A stretch of DNA of 32,000 nt from an uncultured Acidobacteriaceae bacterium (GCA_963738035.1 CAVTVB010000008.1:485894-517893); one strand, 5' to 3'. Shown: positions 17,720-28,187, counted from the stretch's first letter. The notes: generated by a model from the letters alone, not told the origin. Made by a program: numbers and translations.

Positions 17720-18076
17720 ATGGATACCGTGTACAGTGCAGTTGCTGCACTTGCTTTAGGCTCGCCGTTCCTGTCGATTCTCGCGATTCTGGCTTACTAC
17801 TACCTGTTCCGCGTTCCATGGCGCGGCAGTCGGAGATTGGGAAAACGGTCTAGGTTTTCTCCATCCTCCGAAGGACTTGGGACTGTGCTTCTGGGCTTGA
17901 CGCTCATTTACCGGCCCCGCATTCATTACGCCATCGAAGCGCAGCAGCGCCAGGTTGAAGACGCCGACGAAGACGACAACGGCGACCCCGACACGCCAAA
18001 GAGGCACCTTTTCCGCCAACTACGCCGAATTCGCAGAGGCGAGCACGTCGAAACTCTCTCATTGCGCCTCGAATGA
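17720..18076 (+). CDS. Small predicted membrane protein
   Basis: MDTVYSAVAALALGSPFLSILAILAYYYLFRVPWRG..., one hydrophobic helix then a charged tail; lies between the two related small ORFs. Confidence 0.4.
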   Translation: MDTVYSAVAALALGSPFLSILAILAYYYLFRVPWRGSRRLGKRSRFSPSSEGLGTVLLGLTLIYRPRIHYAIEAQQRQVEDADEDDNGDPDTPKRHLFRQLRRIRRGEHVETLSLRLE

Positions 18077-18157
18077 GCCACGCCAGGCCAATATCCGCGC
18101 CCCTGCTTCTGCCGCCGGCACAGCCATTTGTGGCAAAATATGAGATGGACACTTAAA

Positions 18158-18547
18158 ATGCCTTTCGCTCGCAACAGAAACGCTTGGATGTGGGTGGCAA
18201 TTGCCGCCGTCGCATTCACCTCTGTTGCCCGCGCTCAGACTCGACAGCAAAACGCCAAGGCCTTCGCGCATCCGGTACTCGAGTTCCTGGCGCGGAGTCA
18301 GGCACAAGACCCCGCCGCGCACTCCGGTGTCTCACGGTTCGCGCATCTCAGTTCCCGGCTTCAGGCGCGGTCCATGTTGCGCGATGCAGGCTCCGGTGCA
18401 TTGATCGCGATCCTGCCTGTGTTGTTTATCGGGTTGGTTTCGCCCCTCACTCTCGTTTCTCTCGCGTCCATCCGATGCCTGGGCCGTTCTCCCGCAGTGC
18501 CTCTGCTTTCCGACCTCTTCCAGCGCCCCCCGCCTTGCCTCGCGTGA
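18158..18547 (+). CDS. Small exported/hydrophobic protein (copy B) with FQRPPP C-terminal motif
   Basis: [27 protein letters not shown]...[49 protein letters not shown]; alternative in-frame starts at 18128 and 18140. Confidence 0.5.
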   Translation: MPFARNRNAWMWVAIAAVAFTSVARAQTRQQNAKAFAHPVLEFLARSQAQDPAAHSGVSRFAHLSSRLQARSMLRDAGSGALIAILPVLFIGLVSPLTLVSLASIRCLGRSPAVPLLSDLFQRPPPCLA

Positions 18548-18632
18548 CTTTTCTGCGCTGACGCAGCGTTTGCCGACAAAGTACTCGGTCGCTGCAATTC
18601 ACGACATTCCCACTGGAAGATTGGAGTTTTCC

Positions 18633-21620
18633 GTGTTTTTCGATAAGGCACTCACGAAAGTATTCGGCACCGCCAACGAGCGGGCCATCAAGAAACTGCT
18701 TCCCATTGTTGGACAGGTCGGCGCATTTGAGCCGGAGATGGAAAAGCTTTCAGATGAACAGCTTCGGGCCAAGACAGTCGACTTCCGCGCGCGCATCGCC
18801 GCTAAGCTCGAAGGAATTACCGACGCCGACGCTATCAAGACGGCAGAGCGCGCTGCTCTCGACGAGATCCTGCCTGAAGCCTTCGCCGTAGTCCGCGAAG
18901 CCGGTTGGCGCGCCGTGAAGATGCGCCATTTCGATGTGCAGCTTATAGGCGGCGCAGTCCTCCACCAGGGCAAGATCAGCGAAATGAAGACCGGCGAAGG
19001 CAAAACACTCGTCGCCACCCTCTCCTGCTATCTCAACGCGCTCGCCGGCCACGGCGTTCACGTAGTCACCGTCAACGACTACCTGGCCAAGCGCGACGCC
19101 GAGTGGATGGGCAAGATCTATGAGTTTCTCGGCCTCACCGTCGGTGTCATCGTTCACGACTTGAGTGACGACGAGCGCCGCCAGGCCTACGCCGCCGACA
19201 TCACCTACGGGACGAATAACGAATTTGGCTTCGACTACCTGCGCGACAACATGAAGTTCGAAATCAAGGATTGCGTGCAGCGCGGCCACTACTACGCCAT
19301 CGTTGACGAAGTCGACTCCATCCTCATCGACGAAGCCCGCACTCCCCTCATCATCTCCGGCCCCACCGATCAGACCACCGACAAGTACGCGCGTGTACGC
19401 AAGATCATTCCGGTGCTCGAGTTGGGCGAAGAGATCGAGAGCCTTGAAGGCAAAACCTTCACCGGCGATTACTTCGTCGACGAGAAGCACCGCACGATCG
19501 GTGTGACGGACGAAGGCTGGGTCACGATCGAAAAGGCGCTCAGCATCGACAACATCGCCAGCGCCGAAAACTGGGAACTCAAGCATTACGTCGAAACCGC
19601 CATCAAGGCGCACTCGCTTTACAAACGCGATGTGGATTATGTGGTCAAGGACGGCGAAGTGATCATCGTCGACACCTTTACCGGTCGACTGATGCCTGGC
19701 CGTCGCTGGAGCGATGGCCTGCACCAATCCATCGAAGCCAAGGAAGGCGTGAACATTCGCAAGGAAGACCAGACCCTTGCCACCATCACCTTTCAGAACT
19801 ACTTCCGGCTCTATAAGAAGCTCAGCGGCATGACCGGTACCGCCGAAACCGAAGCCGCCGAATTCGAAAAGATCTACAAGCTTGAAATCGTGGTAATTCC
19901 CACGAACAAGCCAATGCTCCGTAAAGAAAATGCCGACGTCGTCTATCGCACGGAAAAAGAAAAATTCAAAGCTGCGGCCGACGACATTGGCATCCTGCAT
20001 GAGTCGCAACAACCGGTGCTGGTGGGCACCGTATCCATCGAGAAATCTGAACGCCTCTCCGCCATCCTGCAACGCAAAGGCATTCGCCACGTCGTTCTCA
20101 ACGCCAAACAGCACGAGCGCGAAGCCGAATATGTTGCGCAGGCGGGCCGCCTCGGCATGGTCACCATCGCCACCAACATGGCCGGCCGCGGCACCGACAT
20201 TCTGCTCGGCGGCAATCCAGAATTCATGGCGCGCCAGGAAATGGTGAAACAGGGCCGCGCCCGCGCGCTATCAGTCGCCGAAGGAGCCATCAATCCCATG
20301 GCGCCTCCCGGCTTCCAGCGCTTCTACTACCAGGGGCAGGAGTTCGAAGTCTCTGAACCCGACTGGAACGCAACCTTCTCCGTCCACAACGAAGCCGCGC
20401 AAAAGGAACACGAAGAAGTTGTCGCCAAGGGTGGCTTATTTATCCTCGGCACCGAGCGCCACGAGTCACGACGCATCGACAACCAGCTTCGTGGCCGTGC
20501 AGGCCGCCAGGGAGATCCCGGCGCATCGCGCTTCTATCTCTCGCTTGAAGACGACCTCATGCGCATCTTCGCCAAGCAGTGGGTGAGCACGCTGCTCGAG
20601 AAGCTGGGAATGGAAGAGGGTGTGCCCATCGAGTCGAAGATGATTTCGAATCGAATTGAGGCGGCGCAAAAGGCTGTGGAAGCACAGAACTTTGAATCGC
20701 GTAAACACCTGCTCGAGTACGACGACGTAATGAACAAACAGCGCGAGGCTGTCTACGGCCTGCGCCGCCAACTGCTTGAAGGCGTCGACCAGCGCGAACT
20801 GATCCTCGAAGACTACGTCGGCGGAATCCTTAGCAACCTGCTCGATGAATTCGCGCCCGATGACAAGCATCCCGATCAGTGGAACCTGAAGGGGCTTGAG
20901 GAAAAGCTAATGGGCCAGTTCGGCATTGCGCTCGGTGACATCGGCACAAACGCGGCGAACCGGCACGATCTTGGCGAGACGATCTTTGAAAAGCTGAAGG
21001 GTGAATACGAAGCCAAGGAAAATATCCTCAGCGCGCCCCAGATGCGCTATCACGAGCGCATGGTCATGCTAAGCGTGATCGACGGCCTGTGGAAAGACCA
21101 CCTTCTCGCCATGGACCACTTGAAAGAGGGGATCGGCCTTCGCGGCTACGCGCAGCAGGATCCACTGGTGGCCTACAAGCGCGAGTCCTTCGACATGTTC
21201 GAAGCCATGATGGCGAAGTTCCAGGAAGACACCGTTCGTTTCCTCTTCCGCATGCAGATCCTCGGCCCCGACGGACGTCCGATCACCGCAGCTCCGGAGC
21301 CGCGTAGGGATGTTCCGCTTGCGCCGCCCGTGGCCAGCGCCGACCAGTTGACGTTGAATGGCGATGGACAACCCAGGCTGCACGATGCCGCGCCGCGTGA
21401 GATCGCAATTCCCACGCGCGCGCCCTCCACCACCATCGACCAACTGGAGAAGGAGTTCGCCCGCAAAAAGCAGCGGGAACTCGAAGCCGCCACCCGGGCC
21501 GGAGCCGGAAACGGCAGCGAGCCCTCGCAACGGCGCACCGGCGAGAAAGTCGGCCGCAACGATCCTTGCCCATGCGGTTCAGGCAAGAAGTACAAAAAGT
21601 GCCACGGCGCGGAAGCGTAG
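18633..21620 (+). CDS. secA: Preprotein translocase subunit SecA
   Basis: [86 protein letters not shown]-terminal [20 protein letters not shown]; GTG at 18633 follows a ggag-like RBS, the track start is 18570. Confidence 0.95.
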   Translation: MFFDKALTKVFGTANERAIKKLLPIVGQVGAFEPEMEKLSDEQLRAKTVDFRARIAAKLEGITDADAIKTAERAALDEILPEAFAVVREAGWRAVKMRHFDVQLIGGAVLHQGKISEMKTGEGKTLVATLSCYLNALAGHGVHVVTVNDYLAKRDAEWMGKIYEFLGLTVGVIVHDLSDDERRQAYAADITYGTNNEFGFDYLRDNMKFEIKDCVQRGHYYAIVDEVDSILIDEARTPLIISGPTDQTTDKYARVRKIIPVLELGEEIESLEGKTFTGDYFVDEKHRTIGVTDEGWVTIEKALSIDNIASAENWELKHYVETAIKAHSLYKRDVDYVVKDGEVIIVDTFTGRLMPGRRWSDGLHQSIEAKEGVNIRKEDQTLATITFQNYFRLYKKLSGMTGTAETEAAEFEKIYKLEIVVIPTNKPMLRKENADVVYRTEKEKFKAAADDIGILHESQQPVLVGTVSIEKSERLSAILQRKGIRHVVLNAKQHEREAEYVAQAGRLGMVTIATNMAGRGTDILLGGNPEFMARQEMVKQGRARALSVAEGAINPMAPPGFQRFYYQGQEFEVSEPDWNATFSVHNEAAQKEHEEVVAKGGLFILGTERHESRRIDNQLRGRAGRQGDPGASRFYLSLEDDLMRIFAKQWVSTLLEKLGMEEGVPIESKMISNRIEAAQKAVEAQNFESRKHLLEYDDVMNKQREAVYGLRRQLLEGVDQRELILEDYVGGILSNLLDEFAPDDKHPDQWNLKGLEEKLMGQFGIALGDIGTNAANRHDLGETIFEKLKGEYEAKENILSAPQMRYHERMVMLSVIDGLWKDHLLAMDHLKEGIGLRGYAQQDPLVAYKRESFDMFEAMMAKFQEDTVRFLFRMQILGPDGRPITAAPEPRRDVPLAPPVASADQLTLNGDGQPRLHDAAPREIAIPTRAPSTTIDQLEKEFARKKQRELEAATRAGAGNGSEPSQRRTGEKVGRNDPCPCGSGKKYKKCHGAEA

Positions 21621-21847
21621 CACAGAGATACTTCGACCACAGGTGTTGTGGGGCGGAATCGCTTCTCCTGTGATCTGCCAACGGCCGATGAGGTCGTCCG
21701 TTTCTGGACGGTACTTTGCGATTGCGGACAATGCAAACGTCCGGCGACCAGGCCTGAATTCATTGAAACTAAGCACTTAGAGCGGGTCCGGTTTGGCCGT
21801 GGGAGTGCGGCTGCCATGGTTCCCACATGCAGCGCTCCGGAGGCAAG

Positions 21848-24307
21848 ATGAGAAACCTCGTTCGCGAACTTCGCTACGCATTTCGCCAGATCCGCAATTC
21901 GCCAGGATTCTCTCTGACCGTGGTGCTGATGCTGGCGTTGGGCATCGGAGCCAACACGGCCGTTTTCAGCGTGATGAACGCTGTCCTGATGCAACTGCTG
22001 CCGGTGAGCCGGCCTCAGGGGCTCTCCTATGTTCATATTGGCGGCGGAGAAAACCAGCCACCGGGGGGCTGGAATACGGGCGATGGCGATACCTCGTTTT
22101 CAGAAGCAACATTCGAGGCGTTCCGCCTGCGCAGCGACCTCTTTGAGGAACTGATCGGTTATGTGCCGTTGAGCTTTACCGGAAACGTGCCCGTGCGTTA
22201 CGGCGAGATGCCCGAGGATGCAGAAGGCGATGAAGTGAGCGGCAACTTCTTTTCGGGACTGGGCGCACGCATCGAGCGCGGACGGGGATTCTCCCTTGAC
22301 GATGAGAAGGCCCACGCGCCGATCGCGGTCATCAGCTACGACTATTGGACACGGCGTTTTGCTCGCGATCCCGAGGTGCTCGGACACACGCTTTACGTGC
22401 GAGGCGTGCCTCTGACCATCGTGGGCATCACCGCGCATGGATTCAAGGGCATCGAGCCAGCCACCTCCACCGATTTCTGGATCCCACTGCAAAACCGGCC
22501 AGAGCTGAACGCTTGGGGCACTACAGAGAAGGACGAAACCCTTTACGGGGCGCCGCGGTGGTGGTGCCTGCGGATGATGGCACGGCTCAAAAGCGGCGTA
22601 ACGCCGCAACAGGCTGGTCAGGCGCTGGCCGGCACATTCGGCGAAGTCGCCTCGCAGTCGCTGGGCAAGATCGATCCCAAGGCATGGAAGCCGTTGCTCG
22701 ATTTCGTGCCGGCGCGTGGCATCGCCGGTTACAACGATTCTTATCGCGAGCCGGTGCGCATCCTCATGGCGCTTGTGGCGATGGTGCTGCTGATCGCGTG
22801 CACTAACGTTGCGATGATGGTGCAGGCACGGAATGCGGGCCGACAGCGCCAATTCAGCTTGAGAATGGCCATCGGCGCGACGAAGGCAACAATCTTGCGC
22901 CAGCTACTGATCGAGAGCGTGTTGCTGGTCACTGCGGGGGCATTGCTTGGCTGGCTGTTTGCCCTTCTGGCTACGAACGCGCTAGCGGCATGGTCTGAAA
23001 TCGAGACCGGGCTCAGCCCCGACCGCACTGTACTCCTGTTCACGCTGGCCGTCTCCTGCGCGGCTGCGCTGGCGTTCGGGCTTGCGCCTCTGTGGAGCGC
23101 GGTAAGTGCTCCGGTTGCCGGAGTGTTGCGCGCGAATACATCAAACTTTACGGCCACGCGTGGGCGAGTGATGGGTGGGCGAATCGTGCTCTCAGCTCAG
23201 GTTGCCGTGTCGCTGGTTCTGCTGATGGCCGCAAGCCTGCTGCTGCGAACCTTGCACAACTACGCCACAGAGAACCTTGGCATACAGGCCCAAAGCGTGC
23301 TCGCATTTGGTGTGGCGCCGCAGGGGCGGACCGACACCCATTTCTTCTATCGCAACTTGCTCGAACATATTCGCCAGACGCCCGGAGTCGAGTCCGTGTC
23401 CATGGCCGCGAATCGGCCTGGGACGGGATGGAGCAACAACGATGTGCTGATCATCGACGGAGTGCTCCAGAACGGCTCGAGCCTCCGCTGGAACGCCGTC
23501 GGTCCGGATTTCTTCAGAACAGTGGGCGCGCCGATTCTTGCCGGGCGCGACATCGGCCAGCGGGATGTCAAGGGAACACAGCGTGTTGTGGTAGTAAACG
23601 AGACCATGGTGACGCGCTACTTTGCGCACACGAATCCGATCGGACATCAGATCTGGAAGGAGAATCCCGCGACCATTGTCGGTGTCGTGGCCGACAGCAA
23701 ATATCGGTCGGTGGACGAAACCCCGCGTCCGATGGCCTTTACCGCTGCGATGCAGGATGACTCGCTGGGCACGATGAGTATTGAACTACGCGCGCAGGGT
23801 GACGCCATGGCGTTGCTGCCTGAGATGCGGAAACTCGTCGCCGGACTTTATCCGGATGTGCCGCTTGAGCAGCCCATGACGCAGCAGGATCAATTCGAGA
23901 AATCCTATGAGCAACAGCGGATGTTTGCCGCGATGGGTGGATTCTTCGGACTGCTGGCGGCTCTGCTGGTGGCGACCGGACTTTATGGAATGCACTCATT
24001 CCGCGTGAGCCGGCGCACCAACGAGATCGGCGTGCGCATGGCGCTCGGCGCAAGCCGCATGCAGATGCTGGCCATGGTGCTGCGCGAGAGTCTCTGGGTG
24101 CTCTTGGCGGGAATCGCCGCGGGGATTCCCTTGACCTATTTTGCCGCGAAGCAACTCACGTCGATGTTGTACCAGATGTCGCCCTTCGATCCGGCGAGTT
24201 TTGCCATATCCATTGCGGCAATGACAATAGTGGGAGCATGCGCGGCTCTGGTGCCGGCGAGGCGCGCAGCATCGGTTGAGCCAATGCAGGCATTGCGGAC
24301 GGAGTGA
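21848..24307 (+). CDS. ADOP-type ABC transporter permease (MacB-PCD/FtsX domains, duplicated)
   Basis: MRNLVRELRYAFRQIRNSPGFSLTVVLMLALGIGANTAVFSVMNAVLM, MALVAMVLLIACTNVAMMVQARNAGRQRQFSLRMAIGATKATILRQLL, second half FRVSRRTNEIGVRMALGASRMQMLAMVLRESLWVLLAG; no ATPase gene adjacent. Confidence 0.88.
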   Translation: MRNLVRELRYAFRQIRNSPGFSLTVVLMLALGIGANTAVFSVMNAVLMQLLPVSRPQGLSYVHIGGGENQPPGGWNTGDGDTSFSEATFEAFRLRSDLFEELIGYVPLSFTGNVPVRYGEMPEDAEGDEVSGNFFSGLGARIERGRGFSLDDEKAHAPIAVISYDYWTRRFARDPEVLGHTLYVRGVPLTIVGITAHGFKGIEPATSTDFWIPLQNRPELNAWGTTEKDETLYGAPRWWCLRMMARLKSGVTPQQAGQALAGTFGEVASQSLGKIDPKAWKPLLDFVPARGIAGYNDSYREPVRILMALVAMVLLIACTNVAMMVQARNAGRQRQFSLRMAIGATKATILRQLLIESVLLVTAGALLGWLFALLATNALAAWSEIETGLSPDRTVLLFTLAVSCAAALAFGLAPLWSAVSAPVAGVLRANTSNFTATRGRVMGGRIVLSAQVAVSLVLLMAASLLLRTLHNYATENLGIQAQSVLAFGVAPQGRTDTHFFYRNLLEHIRQTPGVESVSMAANRPGTGWSNNDVLIIDGVLQNGSSLRWNAVGPDFFRTVGAPILAGRDIGQRDVKGTQRVVVVNETMVTRYFAHTNPIGHQIWKENPATIVGVVADSKYRSVDETPRPMAFTAAMQDDSLGTMSIELRAQGDAMALLPEMRKLVAGLYPDVPLEQPMTQQDQFEKSYEQQRMFAAMGGFFGLLAALLVATGLYGMHSFRVSRRTNEIGVRMALGASRMQMLAMVLRESLWVLLAGIAAGIPLTYFAAKQLTSMLYQMSPFDPASFAISIAAMTIVGACAALVPARRAASVEPMQALRTE

Positions 24308-24412
24308 GGATGATGTTCGCTTTGTACTCGCTCCAAAGGGCGAACAGAAATTGGGGATGACCTCCCGGTGCGCCACGCTCGCAAGAAGCACCGTGAAGTC
24401 GGAGCGGTCACG

Positions 24413-24618
24413 CTACTGATCGAGTGCGAAGCTCACATCGACGCTAACCGTGGATTCACTATCGGCTTGCCGTCGGCGGAAACGGTCGCCGCCACTTCAA
24501 CAACGCCCGCGACGTGAAAGCGTTTGGCGATCTCAGGATAGACCCGAGCGACCCGAGTCTTAATCGCGCGATCACTTGCTCCCATATTCGAAACGGACAT
24601 CATGAGCAATAACGCCAC
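24413..24618 (-). pseudogene. TonB-C-terminal-domain-like gene remnant with apparent internal deletion
   Basis: ORF reads RVYPEIAKRFHVAGVVEVAATVSADGK then stops prematurely (KPIVNPRLASM*); the other frame continues with DSESTVSVDVSFALDQ* ending at 24413. Confidence 0.45.
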
Positions 24619-24662
24619 GGCGCCAATTTCGGTCAGATTTCGCTTGCAGCCACTGTTCGCCT

Positions 24663-25247
24663 TCAGCCATTCCCGACGGCTGCTTCAATGGCCGCAAACG
24701 TGAGATCGCTTGCGTCCGAACGGTGTTCTGCGCGCCACAGCTCGAAAAGCCGGCCGTAGCTGAGCGTCAGGTATTCCGAGCGATCCACGCCAAGCCGAAC
24801 CGCCGTCCGGTCGATCCACTCCGGCGATCCTTCCAGCTCTGCGTAGTCGCCGATCGGTGTCTCATCGATCACGCAGTGCCCCTCGTCGTCGGTCCACTCG
24901 CTGCGCCATTTTTCATACCGGAACGCCGCCACCAACCCAAGCGAAAGAAAAATCTGCTCCAGCACTCCGCCGTCGGCCACCACGGTTTCCGTCTCCACGC
25001 GGTGCTTGTGCGCGTCCTCGCCGGGCCCAATGTCAGGCAGGCGCTTGTGCGTCACGGTCCATCGTCCAGCGTAGCTTCGAATGCGCAGGATTTCAGTGCG
25101 TGCGCGCATCTTCCGATCAGGAGTGTCATACAGAACGTTGCTCTCAAATGTGCGCGGCGTCTGCTGCCGAAAGCCCGCCCGGCGAAGCCGCAATGCCAGC
25201 CCATCTACACTCGCAACTCGGAATTTGATTTCCGTCTCGATAGCCAT
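24663..25247 (-). CDS. CYTH-domain protein (adenylate cyclase class IV/triphosphatase family)
   Basis: MAIETEIKFRVASVDGLALRLRRAGF..., NVLYDTPDRKMRARTEILRIR, WTVTHKRL, CVIDETPIGDYAELEGSPEWI; the track start (25928) is antisense to the next gene, the true start is the ATG at 25247. Confidence 0.85.
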   Translation of the reverse strand: MAIETEIKFRVASVDGLALRLRRAGFRQQTPRTFESNVLYDTPDRKMRARTEILRIRSYAGRWTVTHKRLPDIGPGEDAHKHRVETETVVADGGVLEQIFLSLGLVAAFRYEKWRSEWTDDEGHCVIDETPIGDYAELEGSPEWIDRTAVRLGVDRSEYLTLSYGRLFELWRAEHRSDASDLTFAAIEAAVGNG

Positions 25248-25367
25248 CGTAGAAAGCGAGTATACGCAGGTCGAGCGAATTAGGAAACAAGGTGTCGCTG
25301 CATTCCCTCCCCCGGTGATCTCTAATCTGCCATAGCGACAATGGCTGCGACCAGCGACAATAAGTGA

Positions 25368-26450
25368 GTGAAGACTCTGCGCTTTTCGGTTGACCCCGCA
25401 CGCATGGAAACTGACGAGGCACGAGCCGCCATCGCTCAAGCGGCGCAGATCCTTCGCTCTGGCGGACTCGTCGCCCTGCCCACTGAAACCGTGTACGGCC
25501 TTGGCGCCAATGCTCTCGACGCCGCTGCCGTCACCCGCATCTTCCAAGCCAAGCAGCGCCCATCCTGGGACCCAATCATCGTGCACATTGCCGGGCCAGT
25601 CGTTCAGAATCCGATGCTCGAGCCTCTGGTTGCAGATTTTCCGCCGGTGGTTCACGAATTGATGGAGGCCTTCTGGCCGGGCCCCCTGACGCTGCTGCTG
25701 CCGCGCTCTGCTGCTGTTCCCGATGTTGTCACCGCCGGTCGTCCGCTGGTTGGCATTCGCATGCCGGCACATCCGGTGGCGTTTGAAGTCATCCGGCAGG
25801 CGGGAGTTCCGATCGCCGCGCCGAGCGCCAATGTCTTCAGCCATATCAGCCCTACCACTGCAGCCCACGTGCTTGAAGATCTTGACGGAAAGATCGACGC
25901 GATCATCGATGCCGGCCCCACCCGTCATGGAGTTGAATCAACCGTTCTCGACCCGATGCAGAGTCCGATGATGATCTATCGCCCCGGTGCAATCACGGCG
26001 GAGCAGATCCGCAACGTCGCCGGTCCCGTGGTTCTCTACGAAGATAAGATGCGCCCGCAGACCGCCACTCCCGAGGCGCTTCCCTCGCCCGGCATTAGCC
26101 TTCGTCATTACGCACCGCGTGCACGGCTGGTCCTTGTCGAGGGCTCGCTCGCAGAACTCCCCGCACGACTCATCGATGCGGCCGCTCAGTGCGCAAAAGA
26201 CCGCCTCGGAGTGATGCTTCCGACGGAACTCGCAACCACCAACTTCGAACCGCCACTGCGGGGAGCAGTCGAGTTTCCATGGGGAAGTTGGAATGCGGTC
26301 GAGGAGTTGGCGGAAAAGCTTTACGCTGGTTTGCGCGCGCTGGATGCAGAAGGGTGCACTGTGATCCTATGCCCTCTGCCGCAAGCCGCAGGAATAGGCG
26401 AAGCGATCCGTGATCGGCTTAGAAAAGCTGCTTATTCTCCTGGGAGGTAG
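25368..26450 (+). CDS. L-threonylcarbamoyladenylate synthase, Sua5-type
   Basis: ILRSGGLVALPTETVYGLGANALDAAAVTRIFQAKQRPSWDPIIVHI, FWPGPLTLLLPRS, VGIRMPAHPVAFEVIRQAGVPIAAPSANVFSHISPTTAAHVLEDL, SPGISLRHYAPRARL linker and C-terminal Sua5 domain. Confidence 0.92.
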   Translation: MKTLRFSVDPARMETDEARAAIAQAAQILRSGGLVALPTETVYGLGANALDAAAVTRIFQAKQRPSWDPIIVHIAGPVVQNPMLEPLVADFPPVVHELMEAFWPGPLTLLLPRSAAVPDVVTAGRPLVGIRMPAHPVAFEVIRQAGVPIAAPSANVFSHISPTTAAHVLEDLDGKIDAIIDAGPTRHGVESTVLDPMQSPMMIYRPGAITAEQIRNVAGPVVLYEDKMRPQTATPEALPSPGISLRHYAPRARLVLVEGSLAELPARLIDAAAQCAKDRLGVMLPTELATTNFEPPLRGAVEFPWGSWNAVEELAEKLYAGLRALDAEGCTVILCPLPQAAGIGEAIRDRLRKAAYSPGR

Positions 26451-26459
26451 TCGGTAGTT

Positions 26460-26798
26460 CTATTGCCCAACTTCACCAAGCTTATACATGTATTTGATTG
26501 CAGATTTATAAATAAGTGTCTTTGCGCGGCCACGCACTTTCAGCACTCCACGGTCGTACCACTCGATGTGACCTTCCACGCGTTCGCCATCTTCCAGCAC
26601 AATCACCATCGGCGTCTGTGACTGGATCTGTTTTTGCAGATAGAACTGCTCTGCCTGCCGGCAATTCTCATCGACCTCGTGACTTGTAAACCGAAAGGGC
26701 GGTGTGGCGATTGAACTCTGATTCCTGCGATACGTCGGGAAAAACGTCTCGGCGCGCCGCTGATTATCCACTCCCGGCACAATGGGCTGACTATTCAT
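26460..26798 (-). CDS. hfq: Hfq-like RNA chaperone (Sm fold), divergent
   Basis: AEQFYLQKQIQSQTPMVIVLEDGERVEGHIEWYDRGVLKVRGRAKTLIYKSAIKYMYKL, matching the Hfq layout (F-L-x4-I...V...G..+.G.I.WYD....L......LIYK.AI); long N-terminal extension. Confidence 0.75.
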   Translation of the reverse strand: MNSQPIVPGVDNQRRAETFFPTYRRNQSSIATPPFRFTSHEVDENCRQAEQFYLQKQIQSQTPMVIVLEDGERVEGHIEWYDRGVLKVRGRAKTLIYKSAIKYMYKLGEVGQ

Positions 26799-27001
26799 AA
26801 AAACCTCCAAAGCAACGCAACATGGTTTGCACGAACATGGAGCAGATACTTCAATGCTTCACGCGGAAACGAGGTGATTCCACTCTCTCAATAGGCGTCG
26901 AAGTCTCTGAAGTTATCACCGAGCTTCGAAATGCTGGACATCAGACTCTAATTAGGTCTTGGCCGTTGAGAGTCTTTTGATTCTACCCCAAAAGATGCCC
27001 G

Positions 27002-27021
27002 GTGCAACGGTCTGGTTGCAC
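27002..27021. terminator. Weak hairpin downstream of holB
   Basis: GTGCAAC-GGTCTG-GTTGCAC; on the minus strand followed by CGGGCATCTTTTGGGG. Confidence 0.3.
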
Positions 27022-27052
27022 ACGGGAACGGTGTTATCTGTGGAGATAGTTG

Positions 27053-28153
27053 TTATCGTTCCTGCAGACTCACGGCCATTGCATCAATTGACAGCGAGCG
27101 CAGCAGATTGCGTCGCATCCCTTGTTCCACTTGCACAACCGCCCGGGAAGTCGCCGCAATCCAGTCGACGGTGACTTCCTTCGCCATCCGTTCCAACTCG
27201 GCGGCAAGGTCAAGATTTCGAATAAGCTCCGGAGTTCCCGCAATCATCAGCAGCAAATCTTCGAGCAAACTCCCCAGCGCACGCAGCAGGTTGATCGTCT
27301 TTTCCTGCCCGTCGGCGCCCCCGCGATATGTTTCAGTCACGTGAAAAAGCGCCGAAAAATCGGGCTCACGAAGCGCAGTTCTCAGCATTAGGAGCGCATC
27401 CTGGCGGCTGGCAAGATAGGCCTCCAGGTTGATGGTCAATGCCCGCCCCACCGCGCCCTCGGCCAGCCTCGCCGCAAGCGAACGTTGCGCAAGCTTCAGT
27501 TCTGGCCTGCGCTCGGCAAGCAATCCTTCAATCTCTGCAACCGGCAAAGCACCCAGTCGGTAGAGAAGCGCGCGCGACCGGATCGTCGGCAGCAGTTCGT
27601 GAGGATTCTCAGTAAGCAGAATCAGCGATGTGCGCTCCGGCGGCTCCTCGAGCACCTTGAGCAGGCTGTTCGCCGCCTCTTTCATAAATGCCGAAGTGGT
27701 GAAGATTGTGAACGCCCGATGAGCGTTTGCCGGCGGCCGATAATACGCCGCGTGAATCACGGCGCGCACCTGCCCCATTTTGATCAACAACTGTGGAGGA
27801 TCTGGCGGCACCACCAGGACATCAGGATGCGTCTGGATCAGGATGCGCGTCTCGCGCTTGTCTGCGTCGCGCATCTCTTCGCGCGCGGCCACCGCTTCCG
27901 CAACCCGTTCTTCCAGGTTGGCGGATTCAGCGATGCGCTGGCAATTGGAACAGTGCCCGCAAAAGTCCGGCAGTCCATCTGTTTCCGTCGGCTCAAGGCA
28001 GTTCACGGCCTGTGCCAACATCAGCGCAAGTGTGTACTTGCCTGCGCCCTTGGGTCCGGCAAGAATCAGCGCCTGTGGAAAATGTCCGCTCCGCAATCCC
28101 TCGCGCAGGTGCCGGACGGTCGCCTCGTTGCCATGAAAGCTCTGGAATCCCAC
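27053..28153 (-). CDS. holB: DNA polymerase III subunit delta'
   Basis: FHGNEATVRHLREGLRSGHFPQALILAGPKGAGKYTLALMLAQAVNC, CGHCSNCQRI, FMKEAANSLLKVLEEPPERTSLILLTENPHELLPTIRSRAL. Confidence 0.88.
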   Translation of the reverse strand: MGFQSFHGNEATVRHLREGLRSGHFPQALILAGPKGAGKYTLALMLAQAVNCLEPTETDGLPDFCGHCSNCQRIAESANLEERVAEAVAAREEMRDADKRETRILIQTHPDVLVVPPDPPQLLIKMGQVRAVIHAAYYRPPANAHRAFTIFTTSAFMKEAANSLLKVLEEPPERTSLILLTENPHELLPTIRSRALLYRLGALPVAEIEGLLAERRPELKLAQRSLAARLAEGAVGRALTINLEAYLASRQDALLMLRTALREPDFSALFHVTETYRGGADGQEKTINLLRALGSLLEDLLLMIAGTPELIRNLDLAAELERMAKEVTVDWIAATSRAVVQVEQGMRRNLLRSLSIDAMAVSLQER

Positions 28154-28187
28154 CCTTCGAGTCTACGGCATTTCCAGGATGCGTTCC

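Noticed and set aside
18750-20114. 454-aa minus-strand ORF inside secA, considered as a possible overlapping gene because of its length
   Set aside because: Long antisense frames are expected in GC-rich genes with strong codon bias; the sequence is Val/Phe/Gly-rich with no domain, and secA is certain.
21173-22036. 287-aa minus-strand ORF at the secA-permease junction
   Set aside because: Antisense to the secA 3' end and permease 5' end, no recognisable motifs.
24663-25928. 421-aa minus-strand ORF taken as a fusion of a new N-terminal domain with a CYTH domain
   Set aside because: The N-terminal ~227 residues are mostly antisense to the Sua5-type gene; the CYTH protein has its own ATG at 25247.
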